Source: Macrostomum lignano (Eukaryota). Taken from it: a stretch of 64,000 bases of DNA. The notes under the pieces were generated by a model. That model was not told the origin of the DNA. It made no database searches and was given only the letters and a program-made list of their open reading frames with translations. The position numbers and the translations under genes were made by a program. Below are positions 11,201-25,377 of the stretch, one piece after another. Location of the stretch: assembly GCA_002269645.1 (NCBI GenBank), contig NIVC01003989.1, forward strand, positions 1 through 64,000, given 5' to 3'. Every line of letters starts with the position of its first letter. The first letter of the stretch is position 1.

Positions 11201-13330
11201 TCCCGACTGGCCGGTGTGTTCTCATTGTCCTCCACAATCAGGATACCGACCTCGTTCGCCGTAGGCAAGTTGTAGCGCCTTATTTTGAACGGAGTTTGTG
11301 GGATACTGAGTTTGTACAAATTGGATAATTTATTACGCAAAATATCTTATTAGAATGTCTTGCAGACATACCGAATGTGTTCCCCAGATGGTCGACGGTC
11401 AGGGTGAATCACGATTCGCGCATCTCCCAACTCCGGATCTTGACTGATTCGATGAGCGACTGCCCTCAGGCTGCGGACATAGCCGTTGCACTCGTGAAGC
11501 AGCGTCTGCAATAGCTCCAGTAGCTCCGGCTTCACCTTCTGGCTGAGACTCTGGCGGCTTTCAAGTTCGCGATCATTGAAATACACCTGCCAGCCATGGG
11601 GCTCAGCTGAATCCTCTGCAAACAGCGGCGCCGTGTTGTGATGCAACTGGCCGCTGATGATGAAGCTGGGACACCAGCCTGGCACCAACCGCAGTTTGGC
11701 ACCCAGCGATGTCAGGTGCAGCGCCGAGTTGTAACTCCGAATGTTGGTCAGGAACTCGGCACTCAGTCTGTGCCGCCCCAGGTACAGATCCGCCAGCACT
11801 TGAGGCACGGTGCGGCTGGGCAGCTTTACCTTGCCTTTGGCGCAGCAGAAATTCCTCGTCTCAGAGCACCAAAGTAATGCACCGCATTGGTCGCATGCTC
11901 TGTCCATTGGGCCACAGTTATGGGCTGGCGCTTCAGGCCTGATAATCCGTTCTGGCCTGTGATTGGAAGGATTAGGATTAGGAAGGATTAATGGCAAACA
12001 GTTTTCCCAGTTAATCTTTCAGTTTACAAAAAAATTTATTGGAATAAAACAACTTGAGTTCGATGACAAATAAATTATGATGACCAGTCACACCAATGAC
12101 CTACCTCTCTTGAGCAGGTCTTGCGCCAAAATGACCTGCACTCTGCTGAGTTAATCTTGGCTCCTCTGCATCTACAATGGGCTCAGAAACTGGAATCGGA
12201 TTAGCAAATCGCAATGACTCATAATGCTCATGACGCAAAAGAATTCGGACGATTGCAATCGGTGGCTGCAAAGGGGACATACAGTACTGCAGTACAGTGC
12301 CGTTTCTTGATAAATCACCAGATCAACATTAAAACAACGGCTTAAAAGCGGAACAACTTCATCAGGCACATATGTGCCTTCAGAAAAAGAGGAATCAACA
12401 ATGAAATCAGCATTTTCTGGCAAAACAAAGCCTTGTTCAATCAATTCTGGCATAATCTGCACTACACGGCTCGTCAGCTCGTGTCTTAAAGATGCCGCAT
12501 CGGTCTCAAGTGGAGTGCCCTGCAACTGATCACAGACTGCATGAAAAAAACAGTTCCCATCACCAGGAATGCGAATTATGCGCAACGCATCAAAAGGTAC
12601 CACAGACGGTGTGGCCAACTCACTACTATCAAACCTGGAATATAGGAAAAAAATTATACACAACTTCATTTGCCGGTAATTAAAGTAGTGACGAATAAAT
12701 TTTATGCTACTCTATACTGATCTCTTAAATAAAACTCTTGGAAAGCAATCGACTTGAAAAGATGAGAAAAAATGCACGAAACAGATTCCAGTTTTTAATT
12801 ATATGCCCAAGTACCAAAAAAACATCAGCTAAGATAGAAAATACCCCGAATTAGGCACAATGGGCACTTGGATTTTATATAGCTATAAAATATATAGCTC
12901 CAATTAAAATGTCATCCTACCTGCCAGCCGACACTCCTCGACGGCGAATTTGCTCGGCTTCCACTCGAGCTCTTCGTTGCTCTTCGGTTTCTGAAGCGCG
13001 TCGCTTCTCCGCACGAGTTCTGTCTCCAGATCTACGCTCTTCTCGCTGAGCCTCAGTTTCAGTTGCCCTTCGCTCAGCCTCCTGCTGCCGGTGTCCAGCC
13101 AGACGCTCTTCCCGCTTAGCCTCAGTTTCAGTTGCCCTTCGCTCAGCATTCTCCTGCCGGAGTCTTGTCAGACGCTCTTCTCGCTGAGACTCAGTTTCAG
13201 TTGCCCTTCGCTCAGCCTCCTGCTGCCGGTGTCCAGCCAGACGCTCTTCTCGCTGAACGGCACTCTCTTGCTGACGCTTCTTCTTGGCATCTCTGCTCTT
13301 CTTCAAAGCGCTGGTGCCACGTCGAGTCAT
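8265..13330 (-). pseudogene. Helitron H1 Rep/helicase polyprotein gene (STPR-like repeats, OTU, ZnF, Rep, Pif1), 3'-truncated
   Basis: Exons 13330-12921, 12634-12105, 11956-11372, 11278-10509, 10403-10061, 9973-9673, 9550-8529, 8436-8265. Motifs GDGNC...HEHY, FVTATCNPKW, EYQKRGLPHVH, KYVIKY, APAGTGKT, WDEISM. Lesions: frameshift near 12303, exon 5 donor GT>GG, deletion after CLRD, last helicase exon absent. Confidence 0.9.
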
Positions 13331-14744
13331 TTTGCAATTTGTATTTAAAAATAATAATTCAGAGTGATAATGAAAAGTAAAAATTATTAAGGCAATTTGC
13401 ACGAGAAAAGAGAAAGATTGAGAACTACATGCATTGACACGCTTTTTAAACTCAGCGAACCACACCACCCCAAAAAGCTAGACCACCCTCTTGTACGAGT
13501 ACACTGTTAAATATGTACATTGTGTACATTGTGTACACTAAGCCTAAGTTCTCTCCCCAACACCCTATGCTAATTGGTCAAGACTTTTTTAGCCTAGCCT
13601 AGTTTAATTAATTTAAATATCTGTTTCAGAAAAGGCTCAGTCCATTTGTGTAGCAATGTTGCATTCTGATTTGAATCGATATAAGAAATATATTATTTCT
13701 CTCTGTTTTGGGGGTTTGCGGGTGAATAATTTAGAATTTGGTTTGTTATCCTTTTACGCTCGTATTATTGTCAGTGTCAGTGTGCAGTGTACAGTGTTAG
13801 TGTATGTTATTATGGATGCCTTTACTTAGAAGCGATTCTAGCCAAGGTGAATTATAATTTATTGGGTGCATAGGTGGCGCATTCAATATTCACTTTCACT
13901 GGGTTAAAGTAGAAGTCACATGAAGCAGTTACGAAATTATTAATTTCTCAGTTTGCAAAAGCATGTTTTTCGAATATTTAATCCCTTTAGCATTGATACA
14001 TGTACCGTAAGAGGAAATTTCTGATCGAATGGGCTATCTCTTGTCAATTACACTGTGGCTCTTATAATTCAATTCTTTCACCATGTCAGTTAGAGTAAAA
14101 TTTATGACATAATCAATTTCTCAGTCAGCAAGCATCAATTTCAATTTCAATTTAAGTTAGCATTATGGTTACACAATTTCAATCGACTCTGATGCTATGC
14201 TTCCATATTGTTTTTTTAACACTGCGAGCCCAGTACACGGACAATAAATAAATACAATATGGTTATGCAATCTCAATCAAGTCTTGTGTGCTTTTCTTCG
14301 ACACTGTTTTCAACTTGTTGTGATGCAATCTTTATCACAATCGGAATTCAGCCAGTCAGTTTTTTCTCTAGCATTCTTACAATGCATTTCAGGTCGAAAG
14401 TTCTGCTTGACCTTTGCAAAAAAGCATGTTTTTCGAATATTTAATGCTTTAACATTGAGCAATTTCTTAGCCAGGATGCATGTACCGTCCCAGGAAAATT
14501 TCTGATCGAATGGTGCAAGTTTGAAGAAAATCGGTTGAGCCGTTTTTTCTGGAATCTATCTCACACATACACACAGACATTTCATTTTTAGTATATAGGA
14601 CTAGCAATCTTTGCCCCCCGATGGGGGACATCTGGATAGAACTTCTGTTCTCTACAAGTAAAAAAAACCGCCAAATAGAGTCTTCACAAAGACAACAGAA
14701 CAACTGCTCAAATGAAGCGCAATTCAAAAAGAAAACATCCCAAG

Positions 14745-14975
14745 ACAGCAAGCATCCCCCCTCCTCCCAGATAGCAAGCACCCCCAGATAGCAAGCACCC
14801 CCAGATAGCAAGCACCCCCAGATAGCAAGCACCCCCAGATAGCAAGCACTCCCAGATAGCAAGCACCCCCAGATAGCAAGCACCCCCAGATAGCAAGCAT
14901 CACTCAGATAGCAAGCACCCCAGATAGAAAGAACCCCCAGATAGCAAGTATCTATCCTTAAATAGCAAGCATCCA
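14745..14975. repeat. CCCCCAGATAGCAAGCAC minisatellite
   Basis: About 10 tandem units. Confidence 0.85.
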
Positions 14976-15049
14976 CCAGACAAAAAGTATATAGTGCAAC
15001 ATTTCCTTTTAGCTTTCTAGGGGCTCCTTTATGATTGGCATGACGCTTC

Positions 15050-18000
15050 TTATTACGTTTGAAAATGTCTCTCCTGTGTTTGAAATGGTGACTATTTTAC
15101 GTTTGAATTGGTGGCTTTTTAATGTTTGGCATGGTGACTCTTTAATGTTCTACATGGTGGCTCTTTAATGTTTGACATCGTGCCAGTTTTATGTTTGTCA
15201 TGGTGGCTCCTTAATGTTAGAAACGGTGGCTCTTTAATGTTTGACATGGAGTCACATATATGTTTCACATGGTGGCTCTTCTATGTCTAACTTGGTAGCT
15301 CTTTTATGTTTGACATCGTGGCTCGTTAATGTTCGACATGGTGGCTCTTTAATGTTCGACATAATGGCTCTTTAATGTTTGACATGGTGGCTCTTTAATG
15401 TTCAACATGGTGGCTCTTTATTGTTTGACATGGTGGCTTTTTAATGTTTGACATGGTGTCTCTTTAATGCTCGACATTGTGGCTATTTAATGTTCTAAAT
15501 TGTGGCTCTTTAATTTTCTACATTGTTGCTCTTTAATGTTTGACATGGTGGCTCTTTAATGTTTTACATGGTGGTTCTTTAATGTTCTACATTGTGGCTC
15601 TTTAATGATCTACATTGTGGCTCTTAAATGTTCAACATGGTGGCTCTTTATTGTTTGACATAGTGGCTCTTTTATGCTTGAAATGGTGGCTCTTTAATGT
15701 TCGACATGGTGGCTCCTTTATGTTTAACATGGTGCTCTTAAATGTTCGACATCGTGGCTCTTTAATGTTTGACATGGTGGCTCTTTAGTGTTTAACATGG
15801 AGTCACGTATGTGTTTAACATGGAGTCACGTATGTGTTTGACATGGAGTCACGTATATATTTGGCATGGAGTCACGTATATGCTTTACATGGTGGCTCTT
15901 CTATGTTTGACATAGTGGCTCTTTATTGTTTGACATGGTGGCTCTTTAGTGTTTAACATGGAGTCACGTATGTGTTTGACATGGAGTCACGTATATATTT
16001 GGCATGGAGTCACGTATATGCTTTACATGGTGGCTCTTCTATGTTTGACATAGTGGCTCTTTAATGTTTGACATGGTGGCTCTTTAATGTTCGACATGGT
16101 GGCTCTTTTATGTTTGACATGATGGCTCTTTAATGTTCGACATGGTGGCTGTTTAATGTTTGTTATGTAGTCATATGTATATGTTTTACATGGTGGCTCT
16201 TTTGTGTGTGACATGGAGTCACGTATATATTTGACATGGAGTCACATATATGTTTAACATGGTGGCTCTTTAGTGTTCGATATGGTGGCTCTTTAATGTT
16301 TGACATGGTGGCTTGTAATGTTCGACATGGTGGCTCTTTAATGTTAGACAGTGAGTCACGTATATGTTTGACATGGTGGCTCTTTAATGTTTGACATGGT
16401 GGCTCTTTAGTGTTTAACATGGAGTCACGTATGTGTTTGACATGGAGTCACGTATATATTTGGCATGGAGTCACGTATATGCTTTACATGGTGGCTCTTC
16501 TATGTTTGACATAGTGGCTCTTTAATGTTTGACATGGTGGCTCTTTAATGTTTGACATGGTGGCTCTTTTATGTTTGACATGATGGCTCTTTAATGTTCG
16601 ACATGGTGGCTGTTTAATGTTTGTTATGTAGTCATGTGTACATGTTTTACATGGTGGCTCTTTTGTGTGTGACATGGAGTCACGTATATATTTGACATGG
16701 AGTCACATATATGTTTGATATGGTGGCTCTTTAGTGTTCGATATGGTGGCTCTTTAATGTTTGACATGGTGGCTTTTAATTTTCGACATGGTGGCTCTTT
16801 AATGTTTGACATGGTGGCTCTTTAATGTTTGACATAGTGGCTCTTTAATATCTGACATGGTGGCTCTTTAATGTTTGACATGGTGGCTCGTTTATGTTCG
16901 ACATGGTGGCTCTTTAGTGTTTGACATGGCTCTTTAATGTTTGACATGTTGGCTCTTTTATGCTTGACATGGTGGCTCTTTAATGTTCGACATGGTGGCT
17001 CTTTTATGTTTGACATGGTGGCTCTTTTATGCTTGACATGGTGGCTCTTTAATGTTTGACATAAAGTCACTTATATGTTTTGCATGGTGCCTCTTAAATA
17101 TTAGACATGGTGGCTCGTTTAGGTTTGACATGTTGGCTCTTTTATGTTCGACATGGTGGCTCTTTTTTGTTCTACATGGTAACTCTTTTATGTTTGATAC
17201 GGTGGCTTTTTAATATCTGACATGGTGGCTCTTCTATGTTTGAAATTTGGCTCTTCTATGTTTGACATGGTGGATCTTTAATGTACGACATAATGGCTCG
17301 TTTATGTTCGACATGGTGGCTCTTTAATGTTTGACATGGTAGCTCTGATATGTTCGACATGGTGGCTCTTTTAGGTTTGACATGGTGGCTCTTAAATGTT
17401 TCACATGATGGCTCTTAAATGTCTTACATGGTGGCTCTTTTATGTTTGACAATGTGGCTCTTTAATGTTTTACATGGCGGCTCTTTTATGTTCGAAATGG
17501 TGGCTCTTTAATGTTCGACATGGTGGCTCCTTTATGTTTAACATGGTGCTCTTAAATGTTCGACATCGTGGCTCTTTAATGTTTGACATGGTGGCTCTTT
17601 AGTGTTTAACATGGAGTCACGTATGTGTTTGACATGGAGTCACGTATATATTTGGCATGGAGTCACGTATATGCTTTACATGGTGGCTCTTCTATGTTTG
17701 ACATAGTGGCTCTTTAATGTTCGACATGGTGGCTCTTTAATGTTCGACATGCTGGCTCTTTAATGTTTGACATGGTGGCTCTTTAATGTTCAACATGGTG
17801 GCTCTTTATTGTTTGACATGGTGGCTTTTTAATGTTTGACATGGTGTCTCTTTAATGCTCGACATTGTGGCTATTTAATGTTCTACATTGTGGCTCTTTA
17901 ATTTTCTACATTGTTGCTCTTTAATGTTTGACATGGTGGCTCTTTAATGTTTTACATGGTGGTTCTTTAATGTTCTACATTGTGGCTCTTTAATGTTCTA

Positions 18001-21000
18001 CATTGTGGCTCTTAAATGTTCAACATGGTGGCTCTTTATTGTTTGACATAGTGGCTCTTTTATGCTTGAAATGGTGGCTCTTTAATGTTCGACATTGTGG
18101 CTCCTTTATGTTTAACATGGTGCTCTTAAATGTTCGACATCGTGGCTCTTTAATGTTTGACATGGTGGCTCTTTAGTGTTTAACATGGAGTCACGTATGT
18201 GTTTAACATGGAGTCACGTATGTGTTTGACATGGAGTCACGTATATATTTGGCATGGAGTCACGTATATGCTTTACATGGTGGCTCTTCTATGTTTGACA
18301 TAGTGGCTCTTTAATGTTTGACATGGTGGCTCTTTAGTGTTTAACATGGAGTCACGTATGTGTTTGACATGGAGTCACGTATATATTTGGCATGGAGTCA
18401 CGTATATGCTTTACATGGTGGCTCTTCTATGTTTGACATAGTGGCTCTTTAATGTTTGACATGGTGGCTCTTTAATGTTTGACATGGTGGCTCTTTTATG
18501 TTTGACATGATGGCTCTTTAATGTTCGACATGGTGGCTGTAAATTGTTTGTTATGTAGTCATATGTATATGTTTTACATGGTGGCTCTTTATGTGTGACA
18601 TGGAGTCACGTATATATTTGACATGGAGTCACATATATGTTTAACATGGTGGCTCTTTAGTGTTCGATATGGTGGCTCTTTAATGTTTGACATGGTGGCT
18701 TTTAATGTTCGACATGGTGGCGCTTTAATGTTAGACAGTGAGTCACGTATATGTTTGACATGGTGGCTCTTTAATGTTTGACATGGTGGCTCTTTAGTGT
18801 TTAACATGGAGTCACGTATGTGTTTGACATGGAGTCACGTATATATTTGGCATGGAGTCACGTATATGCTTTACATGGTGGCTCTTCTATGTTTGACATA
18901 GTGGCTCTTTAATGTTTGACATGGTGGCTCTTTAATGTTTGACATGGTGGCTCTTTTATGTTTGACATGATGGCTCTTTAATGTTCGACATGGTGGCTGT
19001 TTAATGTTTGTTATGTAGTTATATGTACATGTTTTACATGGTGGCTCTTTTGTGTGTGACATGGAGTCACGTATATATTTGACATGGAGTCACATATATG
19101 TTTGACATGGTGGCTCTTTAGTGTTCGATATGGTGGCTCTTTAATGTTTGACATGGTGGCTTTTAATGTTCGACATGGTGGCTCTTTAATGTTTGACATG
19201 GTGGCTCTTTAATGTTTGACATAGTGGCTCTTTAATATCTGACATGGTGGCTCTTTAATGTTTGACATGGTGGCTCGTTTATGTTTGACATGGTGGCTCT
19301 TTAGTGTTTGACATGGTGGCTCGTTTATGTTCGACATGGTGGCTCTTTAGTGTTTGACATGGCTCTTTAATGTTTGACATGTTGGCTCTTTTATGCTTGA
19401 CATGGTGGCTCTTTAATGTTCGACATGGTGGCTCTTTTATGTTTGACATGGTGGCTCTTTTATGCTTGACATGGTGGCTCTTTAATGTTTGACATAAAGT
19501 CACTTATATGTTTTGCATGGTGCCTCTTAAATATTAGACATGGTGGCTCGTTTAGGTTTGACATGTTGGCTCTTTTATGTTCGACATGGTGGCTCTTTTT
19601 TTTTCTACATGGTAACTCTTTTATGTTTGATACGGTGGCTTTTTAATATCTGACATGGTGGCTCTTCTATGTTTGAAATTTGGCTCTTCTATGTTTGACA
19701 TGGTGGATCTTTAATGTACGACATAATGGCTCGTTTATGTTCGACATGGTGGCTCTTTAATGTTTGACATGGTAGCTCTGATATGTTCGACATGGTGGCT
19801 CTTTTAGGTTTGACATGGTGGCTCTTAAATGTTTCACATGATGGCTCTTAAATGTCTTACATGGTGGCTCTTTTATGTTTGACAATGTGGCTCTTTAATG
19901 TTTTACATGGCGGCTCTTTTATGTTCGAAATGGTGGCTCTTTAATGTTCGACATGGTGGCTCCTTTATGTTTAACATGGTGCTCTTAAATGTTCGACATC
20001 GTGGCTCTTTAATGTTTGACATGGTGGCTCTTTAGTGTTTAACATGGAGTCACGTATGTGTTTGACATGGAGTCACGTATATATTTGGCATGGAGTCACG
20101 TATATGCTTTACATGGTGGCTCTTCTATGTTTGACATAGTGGCTCTTTAATGTTTGACATGGTGGCTCTTTAATGTTTGACATGGTGGCTCTTTTATGTT
20201 TGACATGATGGCTCTTTAATGTTCGACATGGTGGCTGTTTAATGTTTGTTATGTAGTCATATGTATATGTTTTACATGGTGGCTCTTTTGTGTGTGACAT
20301 GGAGTCACGTATATATTTGACATGGAGTCACATATATGTTTGACATGGTGGCTCTTTAGTGTTCGATATGGTGGCTCTTTAATGTTTGACATGGTGGCTT
20401 TTAATGTTCGACATGGTGGCTCTTTAATGTTAGACAGTGAGTCACGTATATGTTTGACATGGTGGCTCTTTAATGTTTGACATGGTGGCTCTTTAATGTT
20501 TGACATGGTGGCTTTTAATGTTCGATATGGTGGCTCTTTAATGTTTGACATGGTGGCTTTTAATTTTCGACATGGTGGCTCTTTAATGTTTGACATGGTG
20601 GCTCTTTAATGTTTGACATAGTGGCTCTTTAATATCTGACATGGTGGCTCTTTAATGTTTGACATGGTGGCTCGTTTATGTTCGACATGGTGGCTCTTTA
20701 GTGTTTGACATGGCTCTTTAATGTTTGACATGTTGGCTCTTTTATGCTTGACATGGTGGCTCTTTAATGTTCGACATGGTGGCTCTTTTATGTTTGACAT
20801 GGTGGCTCTTTTATGCTTGACATGGTGGCTCTTTAATGTTTGACATAAAGTCACTTATATGTTTTGCATGGTGCCTCTTAAATATTAGACATGGTGGCTC
20901 GTTTAGGTTTGACATGTTGGCTCTTTTATGTTCGACATGGTGGCTCTTTTTTGTTCTACATGGTAACTCTTTTATGTTTGATACGGTGGCTTTTTAATAT

Positions 21001-21640
21001 CTGACATGGTGGCTCTTCTATGTTTGAAATTTGGCTCTTCTATGTTTGACATGGTGGATCTTTAATGTACGACATAATGGCTCGTTTATGTTCGACATGG
21101 TGGCTCTTTAATGTTTGACATGGTAGCTCTGATATGTTCGACATGGTGGCTCTTTTAGGTTTGACATGGTGGCTCTTAAATGTTTCACATGATGGCTCTT
21201 AAATGTCTTACATGGTGGCTCTTTTATGTTTGACAATGTGGCTCTTTAATGTTTTACATGGCGGCTCTTTTATGTTCGAAATGGTGGCTCTTTAATGTTC
21301 GACATGGTGGCTCCTTTATGTTTAACATGGTGCTCTTAAATGTTCGACATCGTGGCTCTTTAATGTTTAACATGGAGTCACGTATGTGTTTAACATGGAG
21401 TCACGTATGTGTTTGACATGGAGTCACGTATATATTTGGCATGGAGTCACGTATATGCTTTACATGGTGGCTCTTCTATGTTTGACATAGTGGCTCTTTA
21501 ATGTTTGACATGGTGGCTCTTTAATTTTCGAAATGGTGGCTGTTTTATGTTTGACAAGGTGGCTCTTTTATGTTCGACATGGTGGTTCTTTAATGTTCGA
21601 CATGGTGGCTCCTTTAGGTTTGACATGGTGGCTCTTCTAT
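15050..21640. repeat. 6.6-kb satellite of a 23-bp unit (TTTAATGTTTGACATGGTGGCTC) with higher-order duplications
   Basis: Continuous tandem array. A diagnostic variant block (GACATAAAGTCACTTATATG...) recurs at about 17058, 19490 and 20840. Confidence 0.95.
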
Positions 21641-23656
21641 TGCGCTTTTTTTATGTTTAGCAGTTTTTTTGATTTTAAGGTGTTTTAATAAAAAAATTAT
21701 TTTGCGCTTCTAAGATTCGAACCCAGGTCGCTACATTAGCATTCCAGTCTGTTCGCATCAGGGCTATCTCTTTTCAATTGGAGAACATGAATTGTGGCCC
21801 TTATAATTCAATTCTTACAGCAAGTCAATTGGAGTAAAAAGTTATGACATAATCAATTTCTCAGTCAGCCAGTATCAGTCTCACTTCAAGTTAGCAATAT
21901 GGTTACGCAATTTAAATCATGTCGTATGTGCATTTCTTCGGCACTGTTTTCAACTTGTTGTGATGCAATCTTTATCACAATCGGAATTCAGTCTGTCAGT
22001 TTTTTCTCTAGCATTCTTACATTGCATTTCAAGTCGAAAATTTGGCTTGACCTTTGCAAAAAAGCGTGTTTTTTCGAATATTTAATCCCTTTAACATTGA
22101 GCAATTTCTTAGTCAAGATGCATGTACTGTGCCAGGAAATTTTCTGATCGAATGGTGCAAGTTTGAAGAAAATCGGTTGAGCCATTTTTTCTGAAATCAA
22201 TCGCATACCCATATACATACATACATACAGACAACTCATTTTTAGTATATAGACTAGCTAAAGTTTTGCCCCCCTTCGGGGAGCAGAAATAATTAATATT
22301 CGTCTAATATAATATACCTTTTAGCAGGAGTACTTTAAGTGTCTTTCTTAAGCTTAAGCTTAAAATAGGAATTTTTGGAGATCGTTAATAACGCATTTTA
22401 GGTAAAACAAAACTATCAACTTTTTACAGTTTTTTAGTTTAGAGCCCTGTATATGTCAACGTGTTTGATAAAAATTATTTTATTTATTTAGTTTATAAAA
22501 CTGTTGAGATCACTTTTTTAGTTGTTACTGAAAATAAATTAAATAATATTCCAAGAAATTGCGACTTTCCGAGAAATGACTTGCTTTATTCCGATTTTCT
22601 TGTTGCTTGTATTGCTCATGTGTACTACAGTTTTATACACATCCCGAGAAATTTTTTACTTTCTTCATTTGTAAGTGAATTTCTTAGCCCTGCTCATCGT
22701 ACTAACTGCGACTGCAATGTTCCGAACAATAAGTAGCTCAGCATTGCAACTATTGCCCTTGAATGAGGCCCCTCTTATTATAATAAATGACTTAAAGAGT
22801 CAGTTCAATGCAGCTATCTCATTGTGAATGGACTTTGCAAAAGCAACTGGAGCTACATCCTTCGACCTTTGGTTTGACACTTTTAATAAAGCTAACATTG
22901 GCTATATATAGGCATGATATATGATATATATTATCATGCTAAATTCCCCCTTTCTTTTCTAGTCACACTCCTCAGCAGACTTCTCTTTTCTTATATGCCT
23001 CATTCACATTGTCAAATCTTATTTTGAATCAAATCCTATATGACATAAAAGTCTATTTCAAATTAGATCCATTTTGATAGTTCAAAATGGTTAGCTCATA
23101 TCAATGGCTAATTAAATATCAATGGATCAATTTCTAATCTCCTTTCTTTTTCTTAATGATTCCAGTTCTGATCAGATCCTATTTCTCATCTGACCTCTTT
23201 TCTTAGTAATCCATTTTGTATCATTCTTCATTTTAAATGCATGCCTGACAATTTATCTTTTAAAATAGAATAAGGCAGGTACCAGGTGTGCAGATTCATG
23301 AATCATGGGACTGGTCTTTGTCCACTGAAACATTTTTTGTATTTCTTCAATTGCAAAACACATTGAAAACAACAAAACAACAACAATTGAGTGAGCATCT
23401 GGCAAAATTATTATTATACAAATACATATCATTATGACATTATAAGAAAACAAACTCCAAATGTAGAGAATTCAGCGATTTTCCTCTTTCGTTTGTTAAA
23501 TTATTTTTTCGACAGAAACAAGTTGTGACTACTGAGTAATGTCAGAAAACGACAGTAATGGGACAGTAATGGGATTCAGTTCAATGAAAAAAGAAAAAAT
23601 TGCATTGCACCTAAAAATATTACCCACAAACAGTAAACATGATGCACTTGCAGAAG

Positions 23657-24084
23657 GCTCCGCCAACAAGACAGTATCATTGCACAGTTCATTGCATTTG
23701 ACTGCAAGAATAATGGTGTCAATCCTACTGCTTGTTGGCTTGCTTTACTCTGCACTGCTGGTCAGAGGCATTCACTGGGGCAAGTTAAGTTCACGCACTC
23801 AACGTCACACAAAAAGCTTAGCTATCACAAGTCTCTAGGTTTGCTGAAGCTGCTTCAAACCTCTCTCTCATGGCTGCATACCCTCAGTTTTAGAGTGGAA
23901 GAACCTCTGAATCGTGAAAAAGCAGCGAACACGTTATTTCAACCACAATCTCAAGGCCCATTGATATGCAGCCAACCTGCTATATATTCACCTAATATTT
24001 ACCTACATTAATTTCACTATTACTTATTAACTTTCATGGCACAACTAAATTGGGATCCGATTGTATCCGATCCTATTCTGGTTT
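23657..24084. repeat. About 430-bp direct repeat, copy 1 (copy 2 at 29101-29541)
   Basis: Near-identical sequence beginning GCTCCGCCAACAAGACAGTATC. Confidence 0.9.
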
Positions 24085-24089
24085 GCCTT

Positions 24090-24770
24090 GATCCCAATCT
24101 AGTTATGCAATGATCTCAATCTAGTTATGAAAGGATCTCAATTTAGTTATGCAATAATCCCATTTTAGTTACGCCAAATGATCCCAATTACGCTAAGCAA
24201 TGATCTTAGTTCTGTTATGCAATGAACCCAATTAGGCTAAGCAATGATCTCACTTCTGTTATGCCACAAACACAATTTAGCTAAGCAATGATCTCACTTC
24301 TGTTATGCCACAAACACAATTTAGCTATTGGGTTGGGAACCCAATTGGCTATTGGGAACCCAATCCGATCCTATTCTGGTTTGCCTTGATCCCAACTCGT
24401 AGCAGAAAATTTTCATTACCTTACGGACGCCCCTCTTACTAATCATAATTCTGGTAAACTATGAATCCAATTTTCCATTCTTCAATGATCCCATTCGTAT
24501 CATGCCATGAGCCCAATTTCATTATGCGATAATTCCAATTCTGGTTTGCTATGATCCCAATTTAGTATGCAAGGATCCCAACTTAGTTATGCCAAATGAT
24601 CCCAATTACGCTAAGCAATGATCTTAGTTCTGTTATGCAATGAACCCAATTAGGCTAAGCAATGATCTCACTTCTGTTATGCCACAAACACAATTTAGCT
24701 AAGCAATGATCTCACTTCTGTTATGCCACAAACACAATTTAGCTAAGCAATGATTTAGGATTGATATATA
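24090..24770. repeat. About 44-bp degenerate minisatellite (GCTAAGCAATGATCTCACTTCTGTTATG...)
   Basis: Tandem units; also present at 25750-25920 and 29580-29645. Confidence 0.75.
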
Positions 24771-24786
24771 AGATTCTGTGAATTTA

Positions 24787-25377
24787 CCCAATTGGAATAA
24801 ATGTTGAAAACCCGCGGACGCGCGCTTTAGAATAGAGTCAAATTATTTTCCCGCGCTTTAGGATTATTAGAGATGTCCCAAAAGAGCAGTTTCCTCAAAA
24901 TAAAAATTCGTTAACTTTCCAAACTCAAAATTGAAATTTTCCGAAATCAAAATGCAGAAAAACAAAGTTTAGTATGACCAATACTCACTTTTTACATTCG
25001 ATTTACTGTTTATGCAAAATGAAATACATGTATATGTAGCAGAAATTGGTATATATTTAGTGATTTTTTAGACGCTTCCAAATTTTGACTTCTAATTTTA
25101 TTCAAAATTGAAATTTGCTCTTAAAAAAATTCTAATTTTGGAAAATTCAAATTGAAATTTCGGAACATCTCTAAGCTTTATAAATTATAAGTGTATAGGC
25201 CCCTTCCACAGAGGTATTAGATGACCCATTTCCATGCATATTTATTTGCTAGAACAGCAGCCAGCAAGAAAAGGCAGCGCACGCAGGCGCTGCGCGCCTG
25301 TGCGCACGCCGCGCTTTAGAACAATTTCAAAAGTGCGCCGGACGCCGTCCACGGATTTACAACTTTTTCCTATAGGG
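24787..25377. mobile_element. 591-bp non-autonomous TIR element with an 8-bp TSD
   Basis: TGAATTTA at 24779-24786 and 25378-25385; imperfect TIRs of about 33 bp starting CCC; the duplicated region near 29670 shows the empty site. Confidence 0.8.

Larger units (their letters stand above)
235..14600 (-). mobile_element. Helitron H1 (14.4 kb, formerly autonomous, now defective)
   Basis: 5' end TCCTATATACTAAAAATG at 14600; 3' end CCCCCAACGGGGG hairpin followed by CTAG ending at 235. Contains the RepHel, RPA-like and zinc-knuckle genes. Confidence 0.85.
14601..22253 (-). mobile_element. Non-autonomous Helitron N2 (7.65 kb), mostly satellite
   Basis: 5' TCTATATACTAAAAATG at 22253; 3' CCCCCATCGGGGG hairpin plus CTAG ending at 14601; no coding content. 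Confidence 0.8.

Noticed and set aside
16023-20854. Many short ORFs (SHHVKH/KEPPC repeats)
   Set aside because: Translations of the 23-bp satellite; not genes.
22740-23450. Possible decayed coding relic in the H2 3' region
   Set aside because: All frames are riddled with stops and no motif is recognisable.
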